Notes under the pieces: model-generated | What the model saw: the letters and a program-made list of their open reading frames with translations, nothing else | The model's database searches: none | Told to the model about the DNA's origin: nothing | From: Schizochytrium sp. TIO01 | Taxonomy: Eukaryota; Protista; Bigyra: Labyrinthulomycetes | Reading direction: 5' to 3' | Assembly (NCBI GenBank): GCA_004764695.1 | Contig: SMSO01000025.1 | Span: forward strand, 5,310,862-5,374,861 | Length of the DNA: 64,000 bases | Part shown: piece after piece, positions 59,218-64,000 of the stretch | Numbering within the stretch: position 1 is the stretch's first letter | Layout of the letters: every line of letters begins with the position of its first letter | Translations under genes and position numbers: made by a program

Positions 59218-62200
59218 ATGGCCTCCACTATGAGTTCTCCAACACCGATGGAGGAAGGACAACATTGCTTCAGTTCTAGCATGCAGCAGCCAGATGAATA
59301 TCAAACTCAAACGAAAATCCCCTTTCCAGGATACCAAGGCATATATGAATCGCTCTCCAAGACCCAGCGCACAGTGGAGAAACTTGTAAAACGCCCTGCT
59401 TTAGAAGAGGTCCACAACAATATTCCACCTATCCCAACACAGAACGAGGATGGGACTTTCCAGCAAGCACAACATAAATCAAGCCCTGATGACGCAAATC
59501 GCAAAAAGAAATGTACTCATGAAGGATGCATCTACATGAGTGGCTCGGTGAATGACTTACAGCTCAGCTGGATGAAAAAGATCTTGAGTAAAAAAAAGGT
59601 ATTTGGGTCAGACCTTTGGTTTCACCCCCGCCTACCATCCTTCAATAAGAATCCCGACATAACGGAATACTTCTATAGGAGTTTCATTATTTGGCACCCT
59701 CATAAGCAATTTGGCCTTGGGGACCCTAAATGCCCTACCTGCGAAAAGGACTTGAAATGGAAGGAATACAGGTATCGAACAGTGGAAGGGTTTTCTGATA
59801 CTCACTATGCAGCAATTGCGATATATAAGTGCGCAACACCTACCTGTAATAGCTCTACTTTCAACTCCCTAACTGATGCGTTTTTGCTGAAAGTCCCTGA
59901 CTCGGTAATGCTCTCTTGCCCAATCTATCCTTTCGCACATTCGGCAGTCACGATAGAGGTTGTGGAGCTCGTCTTTCACTCTGTAAGTGGGGGGAATGGA
60001 GGTCTTGCAAAAATATCTTCCATTCTTGCTAATAACCGGCTTGGAACATACCTTCGAAAGGCTTGCCTTTGGATTGATCATGTCAAGGAATATACGAAGA
60101 AGCAACTTGCGTCAGTTTTCTCCAGGCCTGCTTCATCATTTCAAACAACTCTGAATGGGCAGGAAGGGCAAACAAGCCAAACTAGCAGATCTTCCGAGCT
60201 TCCTAGGTATCCTGAGTTCCCGGAGTTCATGGATCACTGTACCTATAATGGCAGCCTTGGTCCCTCAAGGCAGAATCTAGCTGAAATATTTAAACATACA
60301 GTAGACGAGCACAATGAATTTTGGAAGCGCTATATGGGTGGAATTACTGGCTTCAAAATTGCAGCTGACCATCACCATAACGTGAGTGGACGAGCTACCA
60401 TTCCAGGCGAAGGAATGAGTGAGCGCACTGTCCCTTTGCATGGAGTACACGCCTGGATGAATGAGCGGCAGCAAATTGGATCCTTTGTTGGTACGAGGTC
60501 GACTACAACTCAGGAGCGCGATGCTGTAGCACAGGAGATGAAAGAGAGATTCGAAGAGCGAGGCGAAAAGCTTGTTATTGCTTGTTTAGATAAATGTTGT
60601 CTAGATAGTTCGTGGATCCTTCAACATTTTCCTGATGCCACTCCGATTCTTGACAATGCGCACCTTATAAGTCGATACTTTAAGCCACTCAAAAATAAGC
60701 CTGAAATGACCGGAGCTATTGAGAAATTTAAAAGGGACCTTTCCAAAGCTATAACAGGTACTTCCCAAAGGCAAAAAATGTTAAAAGGTGTCGAAATTTT
60801 TTAAAAAATCGAAAAAGTCATCGATGATCTCAAGACGATGGAGGCCTCTCAAAATGTTCCACTTGATAAACGGATAGTCACAGAGGATTTACTGAAGGCT
60901 CACAGTGATCAACGATGCCATATAGAGCACTGTCTGGACCTTCCAGAAAACTGTCCATGGGCTATACATGATCGTTTTATGCGATGCATGATACTTCGCG
61001 GCACGAACCAGCTCGAAAACTTTTGGAGACATCTACGAGCGGTAACTCCTGAGTCGTGTAGTTTGGAGTATGCATTCAACCTCTGGCTTGCTTTTATTAC
61101 GTCTTGGAACTTTATGAGAGAGATACAGTTTGATAAAAGATGGGGCTACTTACCAATTTCGCCACTTCATATGGCTTTGACTCAGCATATAAAATTGGAG
61201 CACTGTGAAGGGTTGTTTGCACCGCCGCCAGATGGCGCTAAAGGTATTGCAGAGCTCTTTTGTGTGCTCCCTCTTGCCCGAGAGACTAGCCCTCACATGT
61301 TTGGAATCCCTCCTACCTTCGCATCAACAGGAGTAAATCTCGCTGGTGAATCTATTGACCCTGCATTCGCTTCAGCAATTTTAAGTCTCTCTATAGGTGA
61401 AACAACAGTCTTTGATCATACTATCGAAAAAGCTTTGCAGCATTGGGTGCCACACAGCAGTGACAAACAAGCTCGAACCCAGCCATTAGAAGATACCCAA
61501 TCAGTGAGCCAAGAAGCTGCTTCTGATACAGAAAGTGTTGAAGGGCAGTTTATTACACCTAGGATTCCTCCCCCACGGACCTCAACTAGTCTGATGAATC
61601 CCAGACGAACAGCATATTCCGCACGGGCAAAGAGAGCTGGGAAGGGTGCAGAAATTAGGATGGGTCATTCTAATACATCTAAAAACCGATCTAACAGGAG
61701 ATCAAAGGAGACGGGAAACCCTGCAAGAATGCGAAAGAACTGGTTTGGGAGTACTTTGAACCAGATCCAAACACTCGCTGTTCATGATGAGACACTGGAG
61801 CAAGTTCACATAGTACCCAGTCAGAATACCATCATACCCTTATCTTCCTTACAAAACTCTGTTGGGAAGACTCCTTCTATATTTTACCAGTTCCAGGCTT
61901 CACTCAATCCATTCGAAAGACGTTTCCTACGTTTCATTGTCCTTCATTACTATCCTTGGCGTGATTATCTGCCTAATGATCTTCGTCAGATAGACACAAA
62001 GAATATCAACTATCGACTCCTACATAAGATGTGGAATGCTTTTGTTAATGGGTTCCATCGAAGTGATAACCCATTCAAGACATTCATCAAAATGCACACA
62101 CAGGTACAACTTAAAAATGCTCTAGAGGCCTATGTTGGTCTTCTCAAGGTTACACCCTGTTCGGGTTTACCATCAAGGCTTCGTCAAGGTGAACTATCGC

Positions 62201-63969
62201 AATCCTTCAATCTTGCAGTGCAGAAGATCATTGAGGAAGGAGAAAGCTCGATGCAACAAAATGAATCAGTTCAAGGTAGTAACACCACTACTGAGATCTT
62301 TCAAGAACAAACAATTGTTACTACTAGAACTTATATGCGCCAAGTTTCTCATTCAAAGGAAGGTGAAGCAGATGGAAACAGAGGTATTACACATGAGCGT
62401 AGTGCAAACATCAGTACCGGGTCAGTCAACCCGAATGAAGACATTCATTCTGCCACGTTAGATACTAATAAAGCTGTGTCTATGATTAGTACAAGTATCA
62501 ATCAGCCAGAGAGTGGAGATATAGGTCCACAGCTGGACACCCCTCAACAAGATGACGAGCATGTTCAGAATGTGGATGAGTCTGAGCTCAATATTATCGA
62601 TAACCTTCAAACTACTATCGATGGAGAAGCCAGCGATATTCAAGATGATAATCCGACTAGTACGCGTGAATGGGTGCTTAAGTTGAATCCAGAACTGTTT
62701 GATGCAGTGAGACAAGCGCCTAAGAGTGGAACAGGTCGTATCAAATGGCCATTTGTTTATGCCCAGTGGAGACGCATAGGGCTTCCAGTCCACATGAATA
62801 CTAGCGTATATCACTCCTATAACAATTCTCTTAAGTTTAAACGCAAGAGAGATGCTCAAAAAAATAAAAATAGTCTGCGAAACGCCGTGATTCGCGCAGA
62901 CAGTGATTCTAGGATCCACGAAAATATGTCTTGCTCAATCCACAGAGAAGAAACACTCAGAATTAACAACTCGACTGATTTGGAGGAGGGATTGGAACCT
63001 CTAGTAGCACTTTCTAACATAGTTCCTCCCGCTCCTGATGATGAAATTGATAATAGTTTGATTTCTCAAAATACAAATAAGAAGATAAATGCGCCTGTAC
63101 CACCTGGAAAAAGAAGAAAACTCAGGAAAACAGCTTCGGCATCTTCTAGTAGTAGCGAAGAGGAAGATAGTACACAGGATCAACCACCTTCTCAACCTCA
63201 GAGAAATTTACATACAGAAAAGCCTGGTTATCAAAATCTATCAATTCCAGAAAATGCTATAACTTCACAGATTTTGGGCCAGGTGCAGCAACAAAAAAGC
63301 AATAGTGTGAATATAAATGAAGGGGACGATCTTGCTTCTCTCCAAAGTCTAGATGTGAGCGATGCGGATAATGAAAGAAATGGAAATGAAGATGTACAGG
63401 ATGCTGATTTGAACAAAAATATACTTAGAAGGTCTCGAAGATTGTATGTATTAAGTTCAAAAGAAGACAGAACCTCTGCTACTCCCAAATCAGGCGTGAT
63501 TGAAAATCAAGAGCGTCGTATCGCCAGCACAAGCTCTGCACAAGGTACAAGAGATGGCGGCGACGTACAGAAGCACAAGCAGCAAATTGTTAAAACCTGT
63601 TGTACGCTTGGTGCTAAAGTGAAAAAGCTTTCTCAACAACTAACTTTGGAGAGCATTGCACGCTGCGAAACGGAACTCCAAACACAAGCAAGCGCAACCA
63701 GTACTACACGTCAGTTCCTTCAATTTACGGAGGATGAAGATCAGCTCATAAAACATATCTGGGGTTGCGAACAAATTTTGATACGGCCCCAACAAGGGAG
63801 AAATACCACTATTAAATGGGGACCTTTTCAAAAACGTTGGTTATATTTAGTTGCTGTTCTAAAGCTCAGCAAAGAAGGTGACAATTACAATGTTCGTAAC
63901 CGCGAGCAGTTGAGACAGCGCATGAAATACATCAATCCAAATCCAAAACAACGAAAAAGAAGAAAATAA
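59218..63969 (+). pseudogene. DDE transposase (DUF6729-like domain, DDE/DxxH core, Myb-like repeats) interrupted by a single in-frame TAA at 60802-60804
   Basis: ORFs 59218-60804 and 60838-63969 are in the same frame, joined by TAA plus 11 sense codons. Motifs: YFYRSFIIWHP..CPTC..YRTVEG..YKCATPTC; KIAADHH (D384); MNERQQI; IACLDKCC (D458); LDNAHLISRY (D479xxH482); FKRDLSKAI; RGTNQLENFWRHL (E600 of the fused frame). Confidence 0.8.
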
Positions 63970-64000
63970 AGAAAAGAAAGAAAGAGAGAAAGAAAGAAAG
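63962..64000. repeat. (AAAG)n-like purine tract starting at the transposase stop codon
   Basis: taaagaaaagaaagaaagagagaaagaaagaaag continues to the window end. Confidence 0.85.

Larger units (their letters stand above)
58285..64000 (+). mobile_element. Probable DNA transposon (Dada-like / MuDR-related DDE); left boundary approximate, right end probably at or beyond the window edge
   Basis: Large DDE transposase frame with A/T-rich codon usage unlike the host genes, plus an upstream tandem/palindromic array. No TIR or TSD could be identified within the window. Confidence 0.6.

Noticed and set aside
60795-60810. Programmed -1 frameshift at the T6A6 run
   Set aside because: The two transposase ORFs are in the same frame, so a frameshift would not join them.

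Overview
Eukaryotic nuclear DNA with long uninterrupted ORFs and abundant tetranucleotide microsatellites such as (AAAG)n, (GAAT)n and (TATG)n. The overall style suggests a thraustochytrid/labyrinthulomycete stramenopile (inference, not verified). 1-16 kb is a gene-dense block: a partial minus-strand gene with ubiquitin-interacting-like helices (missed by the ORF track) head-to-head with strumpellin/WASHC5, an ABCG half-transporter with a signal peptide, a GNAT acetyltransferase, and a deoxyribose-phosphate aldolase with a mitochondrial-type presequence. About 16-50 kb has no convincing gene and consists of GC-rich islands alternating with AT-rich spacers and microsatellites. 50-56.5 kb carries a membrane-anchored leishmanolysin-like M8 metallopeptidase and a bacterial-looking RimJ/RimL GNAT. 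The most interesting part is 58.2-64 kb. It holds a ~1583-codon DDE transposase frame (DUF6729-like Cys domain, D..D..DxxH..E core resembling Dada/MuDR-related transposases, three Myb-like modules) split by one in-frame TAA. Upstream lies a near-perfect 3 x 102-bp array whose units each contain a 31-bp palindrome, and microsatellites bracket the whole unit. All family assignments come from motif recognition by eye; no database search was run.
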